DNA of 64,000 nucleotides from Halobacteriota archaeon (GTDB lineage: Archaea; Halobacteriota; Syntropharchaeia; DAOWMC01): NCBI GenBank assembly GCA_034190245.1, contig JAXHTJ010000001.1:7597-71596 (forward strand). The letters run 5' to 3'. The notes beneath the pieces are model-generated. The model searched no databases and had not been told where the DNA came from. It was given only the letters and a program-made list of their open reading frames with translations. The first letter of the stretch is position 1, and every line of letters begins with the position of its first letter. Shown here in pieces: positions 48,402-59,056 of the stretch. The translations under genes were made by a program, and so were the position numbers.

Positions 48402-48855
48402 GGAGCTCAGGATAGAGGCAATTCGTAGTGGAACCGTCATTGACCACATCATGGCAGGCCATGCATTGCAGGTCTTGAATATCCTGGGAATCGCCGGGAG
48501 ATCTGACGCTGTTGTATCGGTAGCAATGAATGTTCCTAGTGAAAGGGTGGGTACAAAGGACATCGTAAAAGTTGAAGAGCGGGAGTTGATAACCGATGAG
48601 GTTAACAAGATAGCGTTGATCGCCCCCAATGCCACGATAAATATCATCCGCGATTACGAGGTCATAGAAAAGAATGTTGTGCACCTGCCGGATCTGATTG
48701 AAGGCATCATAAGCTGCCCAAATCCAGATTGTATCTCGAATACCAGAGAACCAATTCTATCGAGCTTCATTGTGCATAAACGAGAACCACTCCAATTCCG
48801 TTGTTACTACTGTGAGGGGCTTGTAGAGAATGTAGCTGATTACCTTCTTTTGTAG
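48391..48855 (+). CDS. pyrI: Aspartate carbamoyltransferase regulatory subunit
   Basis: C-terminal Zn domain CPNPDCIS…CYYC. Confidence 0.9.
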   Translation: MNNRELRIEAIRSGTVIDHIMAGHALQVLNILGIAGRSDAVVSVAMNVPSERVGTKDIVKVEERELITDEVNKIALIAPNATINIIRDYEVIEKNVVHLPDLIEGIISCPNPDCISNTREPILSSFIVHKREPLQFRCYYCEGLVENVADYLLL

Positions 48856-48873
48856 AAGAAATTTAAATTATCA

Positions 48874-50460
48874 CTATCTCCGCTCCAATTTTGCATTTTC
48901 CGCTGAAATTTTGTTCAAGTGCTCTACAATCTCAACGCTTGATAACTCTTCTGGCCAAATCACATAGTCGGTCAGCTTTTCTTCCCTCAGCCTGCTGGAT
49001 TGTTCTATAGTATGCACTACCGAGATGACATAACAATTGGGATTAATATCTTTGATTCTTCTCAAACATAGATACTCTTCGTGCTCGTCTGGTATCGTAA
49101 CAATCACCGTTTCAGCCTCCTCGATACCTGCTTTGAAGAGCACGGTCCTATCAGCCCCGTCACCGTATACTACGTCCGTTCCGGTCACCTTTAGCTCCTC
49201 TACTACAGCCATATTGTTATCTATAACAATCAGGGATTTTTCCTGTATCTTGAGTAAATTTGTTATGAGGGCCGAGTTACGACCGTAGCCAACAACGATG
49301 GTATGTTTGCTAAGTGCGTGTTTTTTCTCTTCTTCTCTTGTCAGTAATCTGAGTACAAATGGGGTTGAGATTGCCGTAAATATCGACATTATCACAACTG
49401 AGACGAGTATCTGTTGATCAAAGATCCGGAACTCAAGTCCGATGGCTGCAGCTGCAAGAGTGGCACTCAGTTGTGGCCAAAATGTGATCCCAAGAATGAT
49501 GCCTTTCTTTATGCCAAGACCTTCGGTTTCTGCAAATATCAGCCCTCCAAGGATCTTACAAAGCATCAACATCCCGATTATCGATGCTGTTATAACGATG
49601 TTTTCGATGCTTGAGAGAATTCCAATATCAAGTTCCATCCCAAGCACAATAAAGAAGATAGGTATGAAGAAGCCATGACCGAAGCCATACAGCTTCGAAA
49701 ATGTCCTCTCATTGATGTACTCTCCCATAACAATTCCTACCAGAAATGAGATCACGATTCCGTGGAGGTTTATCAGCTCCCCTATTCCAACCATTGCCAA
49801 AAGTACAGTCAGCACAAACCTCAAATCGGTCTCTTCTGGTTTTCTTCTCAAAAGAGAGAAAAATTTTTGGGCTATTCTTGGGATAACATAGATTATCAGG
49901 AGAATAAGAAAGAGAGAACCGGTGATAAATAGGATATTTGAATATAACCCTTTATCAAGCTGAATGATAAAAGCGAGGGCGAATAAACTTGTGCCGTCCA
50001 TAATAATGATAGCAGGAAAGATGAAATGCCCAAATTCTTCCCTCAAAAATGAGGAGGATTGGACCATGGGAATTATCTCTGCTACCGAAGAGGACATCAT
50101 TATCGTTCCGATCAAGAGGCTTGCAGGCATTGGGTAGCCCAGAATCCTGCCCAATAAGAATCCCCCAATAAAGCATATGCTTGCAGAGACTGTGCTAAAT
50201 TTTATCGACTTATTAATATTTTTCAGCCCCGTCTCATGGATCTCCAGTCCTGCAATGAAGACCAGCATGAAAAGCCCTATATCAGCGATAAAATCGAAGG
50301 CTGGATGGGTATTAAAACCCAAAACAAAAGGACCCAGCATAATTCCTGCGAGTATATAAAACGGAACGTAAGTGACTTTCAACCGTCTGAAAAGCTCCGG
50401 AATTGTGAAAGCTATGATGAGGATGATGACAAAAGCATGTATCGGATCAATTTCAACCAT
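48874..50460 (-). CDS. CPA2-family cation:proton antiporter with C-terminal TrkA-N (RCK) domain
   Basis: About 12 TM helices, then a Rossmann-like TIVVGYGRNSALITNLL region. Confidence 0.75.
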   Translation of the reverse strand: MVEIDPIHAFVIILIIAFTIPELFRRLKVTYVPFYILAGIMLGPFVLGFNTHPAFDFIADIGLFMLVFIAGLEIHETGLKNINKSIKFSTVSASICFIGGFLLGRILGYPMPASLLIGTIMMSSSVAEIIPMVQSSSFLREEFGHFIFPAIIIMDGTSLFALAFIIQLDKGLYSNILFITGSLFLILLIIYVIPRIAQKFFSLLRRKPEETDLRFVLTVLLAMVGIGELINLHGIVISFLVGIVMGEYINERTFSKLYGFGHGFFIPIFFIVLGMELDIGILSSIENIVITASIIGMLMLCKILGGLIFAETEGLGIKKGIILGITFWPQLSATLAAAAIGLEFRIFDQQILVSVVIMSIFTAISTPFVLRLLTREEEKKHALSKHTIVVGYGRNSALITNLLKIQEKSLIVIDNNMAVVEELKVTGTDVVYGDGADRTVLFKAGIEEAETVIVTIPDEHEEYLCLRRIKDINPNCYVISVVHTIEQSSRLREEKLTDYVIWPEELSSVEIVEHLNKISAENAKLERR

Positions 50461-50504
50461 ATAATCTAATTTTACTTTTATTACGCCATCATATATAATT
50501 CTCT

Positions 50505-51206
50505 CTACGGTCTGATTATCTGGTCATAACTCACGTTTGCCCTGACAATGCTCGGAAGATCCCCCCAGGTACCTATACGATCTCCACAGATGATCAGAAC
50601 ACCATCCACGCCATCAACCTCTTTTAAATTCTCAATTGCGCAATCTATAGAATCTACATCGGTCACAATATTACCTATGGCTGTAGCAGACGAATCTGCA
50701 AGAGAGGTATTTCTGGAAACAACAGTCACAGCATCGGCATTTCCAAAGCTTATAGAAGGGCCGATCTTCCCGGAGGATGTGCAGATACCGAGAATCAAAT
50801 TTCTGGGTTCAATCCTGAAGGCAAAATCTTTAATCTCACCGGCATAGATCCCCACAAGTACAGGTCTTTCATTTATCATCGCAATATCGCCACCGTTGTC
50901 AACGATGGCATCTGTAGCACCAGCATCGATCATCGCTTCAACAGCCAATTGTGAGATGGTTCCGGCAACCGCAGACATGGGGCCTATCCCTACCTTTGCA
51001 CTTGCATCGGTCATCCTCTTGACGATCTCAGGGGCATTCTTTGACTGTGGATAGGGCTCGAGAGTCGTTTTAAAGAAGGGGTCTTCTGCTATAAAGTGCT
51101 CCAATTCTCTTCTGTGGAGTACTATTGCCTCTTTTGCTACATCGATATATTCTTCTTCTGCGATTATCGTCAAAACTGTCTCTTTTATCTGGAATTTTGT
51201 CTTCAC
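50505..51206 (-). CDS. UPF0280-family protein (ApbE-like superfamily)
   Basis: 233 aa containing …IGPMSAVAGTISQLAVEAM…. Family assignment is from memory of archaeal UPF0280 proteins. Confidence 0.4.
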   Translation of the reverse strand: MKTKFQIKETVLTIIAEEEYIDVAKEAIVLHRRELEHFIAEDPFFKTTLEPYPQSKNAPEIVKRMTDASAKVGIGPMSAVAGTISQLAVEAMIDAGATDAIVDNGGDIAMINERPVLVGIYAGEIKDFAFRIEPRNLILGICTSSGKIGPSISFGNADAVTVVSRNTSLADSSATAIGNIVTDVDSIDCAIENLKEVDGVDGVLIICGDRIGTWGDLPSIVRANVSYDQIIRP

Positions 51207-51349
51207 TTCAATATAGATATAACCGACCTTTTACAATAAATAAATTTCATTTTGAAGAAGAAAACTCCCGATGAGATCGATATAGAAAAAAGAAGGGTGA
51301 AGAAGACAGAATACTATATTTAGAGAGAATTTAAGGAGGTGATAAAGAG

Positions 51350-52231
51350 ATGGGTTTATTTGCAAAAGAAGGTGAGTATGGGAGACAACTGAGATGGGGT
51401 AGATTATTTGGATTGTTCATTTTATTCATAATACTGTTTATACTTCTATTTTCAATGTTCGTCATAATCAGTGCCGGTGAGGTTGGTGTAAAATTTGATC
51501 CATTCCGTGGTGGTGTCCAGTCAGAGGAGTTTACAGAGGGATTTCATTTTAAGGCGCCGTGGGTACGTGTAGACAGGTACAACATCAAGACACATGACTA
51601 TACTATGAGTAGATTGGTGGAAGAAGGACAGGAGAAAAGAGACGACAGAATAAGAACCGTGACAAAAGAAGGTCTTTACGTAGATCTGGACCTGACAATC
51701 CTTTACAAGATCAATCCGATGAAGGCTGACGAGATAAGAAAAAGCATCGGTGTGGATGGTCAGTATCAAAAGATAGTTGTGAGACCAACGGTTCGAAACA
51801 GTGTGAGGGAAGTGATCAGCAACTACGATGCAGGGGATATTTATGGCGAAAAGAGACCTGTAGTAGAGCAGGAGATGTATAATAGGATATCTGATCAGCT
51901 GAGTGCCAGAGATGTCATTGTCGAAGGAGTGCTTTTAAGGGACGTTGGATTGCCATCAGAGCTTACAAAATCGATAGAAGAGAAGAAGACAGCTGAGCAA
52001 CAAGCACTGAGAATGGAGTATATTCTACAGCAAGAAAGACTGGAAAAAGAGCGAAAAATCATAGAAGCCGAAGGGATTACCAAGGCTAACGATATCATCG
52101 CAGGAAGTCTAACAAGGAACTACCTGACATGGTACTGGATCGACAACCTGGATACTCATGAGAGTGTGATTTACGTGCCTGTAGGAGAGGGAGGAGTTCC
52201 GCTGTTTAAAGAAGTCTCCGAAGTTCCGTAG
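51350..52231 (+). CDS. SPFH/band-7 (prohibitin/HflK/C-like) membrane protein
   Basis: N-terminal TM followed by an SPFH domain and a coiled-coil region. Confidence 0.75.
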   Translation: MGLFAKEGEYGRQLRWGRLFGLFILFIILFILLFSMFVIISAGEVGVKFDPFRGGVQSEEFTEGFHFKAPWVRVDRYNIKTHDYTMSRLVEEGQEKRDDRIRTVTKEGLYVDLDLTILYKINPMKADEIRKSIGVDGQYQKIVVRPTVRNSVREVISNYDAGDIYGEKRPVVEQEMYNRISDQLSARDVIVEGVLLRDVGLPSELTKSIEEKKTAEQQALRMEYILQQERLEKERKIIEAEGITKANDIIAGSLTRNYLTWYWIDNLDTHESVIYVPVGEGGVPLFKEVSEVP

Positions 52232-52493
52232 ACTTCTTGAGCGAATGTATCATGACCGGTATCGCCTTTATCTTATTTTGCTCGCACATTTCTAAATCAA
52301 AAATAATATATAGCATAAACATAAAGAGCATGAATCATAGGTCTGTTATACTTTAAGCACGGCTCAATGGACAAATAGAACCGATTTTTATTTCTTAAAA
52401 CTCCAATATTATTTTTTGTGGTACATGGGTTTCACATATGCATAAAGTTTATATAGTATTAATGGAAATAAGGTCACTAGAGGGATAACAATT

Positions 52494-53834
52494 ATGGATC
52501 AAGACGAAAAATTGGTTAGAGCACCTGGTAGAATAACCACACAACAGAGTGAATTTCTCGAAGGGGAGGTCAGAAGTGGCAGGTTTGCCTCGGTGAGCGA
52601 AGCTCTCAGAGCAAGTATAAATGCTTATGGGCAGCAGATATTAAGGGACGAAGTTTACCTTATAGGCGAAGCTTTGATGGGTGATGAGCCGGAACTAGCG
52701 CACATCGATCTTATGATAGGGGATAAAAAAGGCCAGATAGGGTTAGCATTTGCGAACAGCATAAGCCAATTATCAGTAGGCCACACACCCCTACTTGCAG
52801 TGGTGAGACCCAACCTACCATGCAAACCTTACACGCTTGTGGTACCCAAGGTGACTATCAAGGACATGGAGGACACGGGTAAGATCTTTGGTCCTGCACA
52901 AGCAGCAGTGGCAAAAGCGATAGCCGATTCCGTCGAAGAGGGAGTCATACCGAAAGAGAGTGTTGAAGACCTCGTAGCTATTGTAAGTGTCTTTATCCAT
53001 CCTGAAGCAAAAGATTACAATAAAATTTTTAGGTATAATTATGGTGCGACCAAATTAGCTCTTAAACGGGCAATGGAAGGATTTCCATCTGTTGATAAGG
53101 TCCTTTATGAGAAGGACAGGTCCACTCACCCTGTGATGGGATTTAAAGTGACACGTCTGTGGGATCCACCATACCTCCAGGTTGCCCTAGATATAACAGA
53201 ATGGGAAAAAGTAAGCAGAGTTCTGAAGGATTTGCCCAAGAATGATCACTTGATCATAGAAGTGGGCACACCACTGGTGAAGAGGTTTGGTATTGAGGTG
53301 ATAAACAAGATAAGAGAGGTACGCCCGGACACTTTTATCATCGCCGATCTGAAGATACTGGACACCGGAAACCTGGAAGCCAGAATGGCATCTGATTATG
53401 CTGCTGACGCCGTGGTGATCTCCGGGCTGGCACCTATACCAACCATAGAAAAGGCGATTGAAGAGGCAAATAAAACTGGCATATATTCTGTAATCGACAT
53501 GTTAAACGTCTCCAATCCGATAGACCTCCTAAAAAAATTGAGTGTGAAACCGGGAGTTGTCGAGCTGCACAGGGCGATAGACGCAGAACTTGCCGGGAGT
53601 GAACACAAGTGGGGAGACATCTCAAAGATTAGAGAGATAGACGAAAAGATTGTTGTTGCGGTCGCTGGAGGAATCAGGGTTGATAATGCTCCTGAAGCGT
53701 TGAAATCCGGCGCCAATATCCTAGTAGTCGGGCGGGCGATAACCAATGCCAAGGACATTGAAGGGGCTGCAAGAAGATTCCTGTCGCTGATGAAAGAAGA
53801 GATAGATCAGTTCAGAGTGATGACGGACTTCTGA
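52494..53834 (+). CDS. fae-hps: Bifunctional formaldehyde-activating enzyme / 3-hexulose-6-phosphate synthase (Fae-Hps) with an unusual N-terminal RHH-like extension
   Basis: Fae core …[26 protein letters not shown]…. The HPS (OMPDC-like) part includes …[11 protein letters not shown]… and …[12 protein letters not shown]…. The first ~50 aa ([30 protein letters not shown]) look like a CopG/ParD ribbon-helix-helix. Confidence 0.8.
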   Translation: MDQDEKLVRAPGRITTQQSEFLEGEVRSGRFASVSEALRASINAYGQQILRDEVYLIGEALMGDEPELAHIDLMIGDKKGQIGLAFANSISQLSVGHTPLLAVVRPNLPCKPYTLVVPKVTIKDMEDTGKIFGPAQAAVAKAIADSVEEGVIPKESVEDLVAIVSVFIHPEAKDYNKIFRYNYGATKLALKRAMEGFPSVDKVLYEKDRSTHPVMGFKVTRLWDPPYLQVALDITEWEKVSRVLKDLPKNDHLIIEVGTPLVKRFGIEVINKIREVRPDTFIIADLKILDTGNLEARMASDYAADAVVISGLAPIPTIEKAIEEANKTGIYSVIDMLNVSNPIDLLKKLSVKPGVVELHRAIDAELAGSEHKWGDISKIREIDEKIVVAVAGGIRVDNAPEALKSGANILVVGRAITNAKDIEGAARRFLSLMKEEIDQFRVMTDF

Positions 53835-53909
53835 TGTGAGAGTGAGAACGGTAACGATGTTAAGGGCAATGGGGGTAGGTTATACATAGACCGTTAAAAC
53901 CCTTAAACC

Positions 53910-54407
53910 TTACATCAACAGAAAGGCCACTCCGATAAATATCAGGATCAAGTGCAGTGCTGCCAGCCATGCCATAACTCCAGAAATAATCAGTTTGATC
54001 GAGGGTAATCCACCACCTCCTCTGACTCTACCAATACCCTCTATGGAACTACTCCACTTCTCTTCAAAATCATCTATACTCTCCTTAAAAGTGTACATGT
54101 TGGTTGATATAGTGCCAAGGCTCTTTCCAAGCTCCCTGAAAGATCTGCCAACAAGCGGCAAAGAACCACCAATATCAAAAAATATTCTCGACACACCATC
54201 TATAATAGGTGTCGATGTCCCCAGAAATTCACTGGCGTTGTGTACCGTGCTGTTTAAGGTGTCTGCTGTTTCAGCAAAATTATCAAGACTACCGACTATT
54301 CCAAAAAGAGCGCTCCTGCGAATTGAGAGATAACCGAATATTACAGCCAGGATACCGACAGAACCAAAAACAATCAAGAATATTGCAAGGATATCAACAA
54401 ATGTCAT
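53910..54407 (-). CDS. Hypothetical membrane protein (TM helices at both termini)
   Basis: Hydrophobicity pattern only. Confidence 0.4.
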   Translation of the reverse strand: MTFVDILAIFLIVFGSVGILAVIFGYLSIRRSALFGIVGSLDNFAETADTLNSTVHNASEFLGTSTPIIDGVSRIFFDIGGSLPLVGRSFRELGKSLGTISTNMYTFKESIDDFEEKWSSSIEGIGRVRGGGGLPSIKLIISGVMAWLAALHLILIFIGVAFLLM

Positions 54408-54589
54408 TTTATCAACCTTCCAACCGCAAAATAACTTGAAAACGATCTAATGAGAGTAAATCAACAGATGAGCCAATTTGCTTACAGAATAAGTAATTCC
54501 GGGCAAGATAAAGGTTGTGATTGGTTGAAGTAAATATAATATATTGGATATAATAATTAAAAATGGAGGAGACCAACCCCTTTGTTTCT

Positions 54590-54700
54590 ACTGGAGGTTT
54601 TGGTGGGTGGTGGTACAAGATTTTAAGTGAGCATGGTACAGGAGGTTTTTGTCGGGGGTTGTAATTGAACTTTTTGTGGGTGGTGGTAATGGAGGTTTAT
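54590..54700 (+). repeat. Three degenerate copies of a ~23-nt G-rich unit (ggaggtttTggtgggtggtggta)
   Basis: 54597-54619, 54645-54667 and 54675-54697 (the third with the half-sites permuted). Confidence 0.3.
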
Positions 54701-54746
54701 GCGAGTTGTGAGCGGACCAGCAAAAAACAGTCATCTCACAGTTGCT

Positions 54747-55553
54747 TCATAACTTTAAAGCAAGCATACTTGCAAGTTTAATTGCCCGTCCATAACTGTC
54801 ACTTGCTCTTGATGTGTCGATAAAGACTTTATCCATCAAAATGGGGGCTCCAAAACCCATGCCACCACCAAGTAGCACCAGTGTTCTGAAGATCAGGTTT
54901 CCAGATATTCCATCCGGTGCGATAATGATGTTTGATTCTTTTACAGCGTCCTCAATCAAGATCTGGTGGTGTTTTGCACAGATACCCATTCCGGTAACTT
55001 TCTGTACAATTAGCTCGGCCTCTTCTAAACTCCTGTCCACAACTTCACTGCGGCCTACATCACCGAACCTGCCTCCAGACAGAACTCCGACCTTTGCCTC
55101 GAGGTCGAATCTCTTTAAAAGCTCGCTTCCGAGCCTGATGATCTCGATCTTTTCTTCTGCGCTCTTCCCCTCGTCAATACCAACAGGAGAAAGGAAGAAG
55201 GTGTCCTTAGAAGTGGTCTGTAATAGCGCCATTCTGTAGATCTTTTCCAGATTCGTCTGTGTTTTTAGCTGATTTAAAGTCTCCGAAGCTCGCAGATTTC
55301 CCCTCACCGCCGCATCTATCTCTCCTTCAACAAGCAGGCTGATAAGTTCTTTTTCTGGACTCTTCGTATCGATTATTTCGATATCAGTTCCGGTTGAAGA
55401 AATCTTCTCTTCATCTCCAACAAGCACAATATCTGCAAAATCTTCTGCGTCTATTGCATAAAAAATGACGTTCTCATGGGGATAATCGACACCGATTCCC
55501 ACTCGGACTATACTACCTTTTGTGATGGTATCAATTTTTCTTTGCAGATTCAT
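54747..55553 (-). CDS. Phosphate acetyl/butyryl-transferase-fold (Pta/PlsX-like) protein
   Basis: C-terminal …IIIAPDGISGNLIFRTLVLLGGGMGFGAPIL… resembles the Pta …PDLEAGNIGYK…G.IGPIL… segment. Confidence 0.45.
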   Translation of the reverse strand: MNLQRKIDTITKGSIVRVGIGVDYPHENVIFYAIDAEDFADIVLVGDEEKISSTGTDIEIIDTKSPEKELISLLVEGEIDAAVRGNLRASETLNQLKTQTNLEKIYRMALLQTTSKDTFFLSPVGIDEGKSAEEKIEIIRLGSELLKRFDLEAKVGVLSGGRFGDVGRSEVVDRSLEEAELIVQKVTGMGICAKHHQILIEDAVKESNIIIAPDGISGNLIFRTLVLLGGGMGFGAPILMDKVFIDTSRASDSYGRAIKLASMLALKL

Positions 55554-55687
55554 TTCATCCCTTGCATTTATAAGGTTAAGTTAACTACCATAATTCTTTA
55601 ATTTGGACTATATCCAAAACCATTTAAGTCGTTAGCTATATAAAATATGTTAATTTGAAAGGTTTTGAAGTGTATACAAGGTGAATA

Positions 55688-56983
55688 ATGATCGAACTCA
55701 TTTGGTATGGAATCGCTCTTTTTCAGGTCCATATCAATCCACGGATTCCCCCTAAATGGCAACGAAAGTTGGCTGAAAGAAGGGTGATTCGCCAGATTCA
55801 ACGTGCCTACAAGGATGTCCCCTATTACCGGAAGAGGTATGATGAAGCAGGGGTGGATATCAGTTCCATACGCCATATAGAAGACTTAAAAAAGCTTCCG
55901 TGTATCACCAAAGAAGAGGTCCGACAAAATTTTCCGGAAGGCATGCTTGCAGATGGAGTTGATATTGACAGATGCCATTATTCGGCAACAGCAGGATCCA
56001 CTGGTAAACCACTCTCATTCATATTTTCTAAAGCAACGTTTGCTTTCTATATTCTTACCAGTGTACGAGTCTATACAATGATTGGATATAGGCCATGGCA
56101 TAAAATGTGCTACATCAAATACACAGCTGTGGATGCTGCCCCCCACCTCAATATGGGTCCATTCTTCCGACAGAGCCATATCTCCTCCAATATCCCGGTG
56201 GAAGAGCAGATCGCCCGTCTCAGGGAAGAAAAACCGGATCTACTTATAGGCTATTCATCCAGCATCTCGGAGATTGCCCGGTATATAACGCCAGAAGATA
56301 GGAAGCACTTTCGTCCCAAATTTATCTCTGTCAATTCAGGGATGTCAACTCAGGAGGAGCGCAAATACATTTCGAGTGTCTTTGACTGCCCGGTCTATGA
56401 CGAATACTCAACAGAAGAGACCTGGATGATCTCTTCCCAGTGCCATCATAACAATTACCACCTATTTACTGACAATGTATGGGTGGAATTTCTGGATGAG
56501 GAAGGAAATGATGTAACTTCAGATAAGACAGGCGAGATAGTTCTCACCACCATGCGCAGCCCAGCCATGCCGTTCATACGATACAGGATCGGAGACTTGG
56601 GGAGGCCTAGCGACCGTACCTGTCCTTGTGGTCGAAGCTTTCCCTTGATGGAATCGCTTGAGGGGCGCTCCAACGATTCTTTCATCTTACCAAGTGGTAG
56701 ATTTATCTCACCATCCAAAATCCATACAGTGTTTTACCCCTTTATAAAAAAATACCCCAATACGATAGAGCAATTCAAAGTCATTCAGAAGGAAAAAGGG
56801 CTGATTGTCATCCAACTTGTGAAGGGCAAAGAGTACAGTGAAGACCGCTTCAAGGAAGTGATAGACAGGTTACATGAAATCTTTGATGAACCTGTGACAA
56901 TAACAGTAGAGATGGTGGAGGAGATCCCTAAGAAATATATCAAACGTAAAGCTATTGAATCGTGGGTAGAAAAATCGAGGTGA
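55688..56983 (+). CDS. Phenylacetate-CoA-ligase-like (PaaK / coenzyme F390 synthetase family) adenylate-forming enzyme
   Basis: …YSATAGSTGKPLSF… AMP-binding motif and the PaaK-family N-terminal region (…VPYYRKRYDEAGVD…). Confidence 0.7.
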   Translation: MIELIWYGIALFQVHINPRIPPKWQRKLAERRVIRQIQRAYKDVPYYRKRYDEAGVDISSIRHIEDLKKLPCITKEEVRQNFPEGMLADGVDIDRCHYSATAGSTGKPLSFIFSKATFAFYILTSVRVYTMIGYRPWHKMCYIKYTAVDAAPHLNMGPFFRQSHISSNIPVEEQIARLREEKPDLLIGYSSSISEIARYITPEDRKHFRPKFISVNSGMSTQEERKYISSVFDCPVYDEYSTEETWMISSQCHHNNYHLFTDNVWVEFLDEEGNDVTSDKTGEIVLTTMRSPAMPFIRYRIGDLGRPSDRTCPCGRSFPLMESLEGRSNDSFILPSGRFISPSKIHTVFYPFIKKYPNTIEQFKVIQKEKGLIVIQLVKGKEYSEDRFKEVIDRLHEIFDEPVTITVEMVEEIPKKYIKRKAIESWVEKSR

Positions 56984-56984
56984 T

Positions 56985-58019
56985 ATGAAGGGAGTGAGGA
57001 AATGGCTGATACTGTCTCTAACGGTTAGTGTAATAGCCATAATTGTAGTCTTATCTGTTACCATGACCGAAGAAACGGTAGATAGTCTTGCTAAAATCCG
57101 TCCAGAATACCTTCTTTTGGCTGTTGTTGCTCGTGCCATGTGCTGGGTAGCCATGGGATCACGTATAAAAATCTTAAGCAGGGTGGTTGGCTGTAAAATA
57201 AGTTTGCTACAGTCCATAAAAATTGTACTGCCCGGAACTTTTGCCGCTGGTGTTACTCCTTCATATATCGGTGGGGAACCGGTTAGGATTTATCTCTTGA
57301 GTAAGAAGGGCCTGTCTATTGGAGATGCAGCGGCAGTTGATTTAGGTGGAATGATATTGAATGGATTGGTAGTAGCGATGATGCTTCCATTTGCCTGGTT
57401 CATATTTAGAGATACGATCAGACCAAACTTCGTCCTATCATCTGTCTTTTTATTTGTTGGGATATTATTTGGTCTTGCTTGGGGATTTGGTATATATGGT
57501 ATGCTATACCCGGAACAACTTAAAAAACTCCTTGATCGTCTCGGAAGATCTAAACTTATCAGTGAGATAACCTTTGGTAGATCAGAGCAGATTATCAGTA
57601 GAGTTGTTATTGAATTTGATAATTTTCGTAATGGTTTGCTAAGGTTTGTTAGAGAGGGCCGAAGAGAATTAATATTGGGACTACTCTGGACGATGGCATA
57701 TTGGTTCTTCCTGATAATACTACCGTCTATTATTTTGTTGGGCATGAATCTGGATCCAATGTGGGTACCATCTATGGCAGCTCAGGTGATACTTATGACC
57801 ATCGTTATGATTCCAATAGCACCAGGTGGTAGCGGAATTGCCGAGATCGGTGCTGCATCACTCTACTCTGTCGTCCTGCCTGCAGATGGTATACAGTTGC
57901 TGGGTGTATTTGTGGCGATATGGAGGTTTGTGGAGCATTACATACCTTTGCTGATTGGGGGACTGGTCAGTTTGAAAGTGATGCGGGAGATAGACCTGAA
58001 TAAATTGATCGAAGGATGA
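56985..58019 (+). CDS. UPF0104 / lysyl-phosphatidylglycerol-synthase-TM-region-like (MprF flippase-domain-like) membrane protein
   Basis: About 8 TM helices. Begins 1 nt after the ligase gene. Confidence 0.55.
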   Translation: MKGVRKWLILSLTVSVIAIIVVLSVTMTEETVDSLAKIRPEYLLLAVVARAMCWVAMGSRIKILSRVVGCKISLLQSIKIVLPGTFAAGVTPSYIGGEPVRIYLLSKKGLSIGDAAAVDLGGMILNGLVVAMMLPFAWFIFRDTIRPNFVLSSVFLFVGILFGLAWGFGIYGMLYPEQLKKLLDRLGRSKLISEITFGRSEQIISRVVIEFDNFRNGLLRFVREGRRELILGLLWTMAYWFFLIILPSIILLGMNLDPMWVPSMAAQVILMTIVMIPIAPGGSGIAEIGAASLYSVVLPADGIQLLGVFVAIWRFVEHYIPLLIGGLVSLKVMREIDLNKLIEG

Positions 58020-58153
58020 AGCTCATTGTTGTATTTGGATAGACATTTTGAGAATTTATATAGATGATGAAAGACATATAAATAAAAGAGATAGAAAAAT
58101 TCTGGAGTTCTGATATCAATGAGTGGGGGGCTCTTTGAACAGATATATTAAAA

Positions 58154-59026
58154 GTGATAACTATGGAAGATGATTTGGCACATCCGCTTAAACCGTACGA
58201 TAAACTGATAATTAATGTTGCTCTTACCGGAATGGTACCTACAAAGAAAGACTCGCCTTTTGTTCCGACTACCGTTGATGAGATCATAGAGGATGCGATC
58301 AAGTGTGCCTCAGTAGGTGCAAGTATCCTTCATATCCATGCTCGTGATAGTGACGAGGCGCCAACATATAAAGCAGAGGCCTACGCAGAAATAATCGAAG
58401 GTATCAGAAGTAAATGCCCTGACGTTATCATATGCGTAACAACCAGTGGTAGGACATATGGAGAATTTGAGAAACGTTCTGAGGTTCTAGAACTTCGTGA
58501 TCATGTTAAACCGGATATGGCAAGTTTGACTCTCGGTTCTATCAACTTTCCTGACCAGACCAGTATTAATGAACCGGAAACGATACTTCGATTGGCAAAA
58601 AAGATGAAATCCGTAGGGATAAAACCCGAACTCGAAGTCTTTGATACCGGAATGATAAATACTGCAAGATATCTCTACCGCAAGGGAGTTATTGAGCCCC
58701 CATTCTATTTTAATATCTTATTCGGATCGATATATGCAACACAAGCAAGAATGTCAGATCTCTGTTATCTGGTAAGTCAATTACCACAGGGATCTATTTG
58801 GGCAGGTGCAGGAATTGGGATTTTTCAATTGATCATCAATAGTGCATCAGTTATAATGGGTGGTAATGTTAGAACTGGTATTGAAGACAATATCTGGTAT
58901 GATCATGAAAAGACGGAGTTGACAACCAACGTAAAAACGATTCAGAGGGTTTGCGAGATTGCTGCAATAATCGGACGTGAGATAGCAACACCGTCAGAAA
59001 CAAGAAAGATGTTGGGATTTGTTTAG
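58154..59026 (+). CDS. Beta-keto-acid cleavage enzyme (BKACE / DUF849; 3-keto-5-aminohexanoate cleavage enzyme-like)
   Basis: TIM-barrel Kce-like motifs …NVALTGMVP…, …ILHIHARD… and …EVFDTGM…. Confidence 0.7.
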   Translation: MITMEDDLAHPLKPYDKLIINVALTGMVPTKKDSPFVPTTVDEIIEDAIKCASVGASILHIHARDSDEAPTYKAEAYAEIIEGIRSKCPDVIICVTTSGRTYGEFEKRSEVLELRDHVKPDMASLTLGSINFPDQTSINEPETILRLAKKMKSVGIKPELEVFDTGMINTARYLYRKGVIEPPFYFNILFGSIYATQARMSDLCYLVSQLPQGSIWAGAGIGIFQLIINSASVIMGGNVRTGIEDNIWYDHEKTELTTNVKTIQRVCEIAAIIGREIATPSETRKMLGFV

Positions 59027-59056
59027 GTTAAAAATAGTGTAGGAATTGATATTAAT

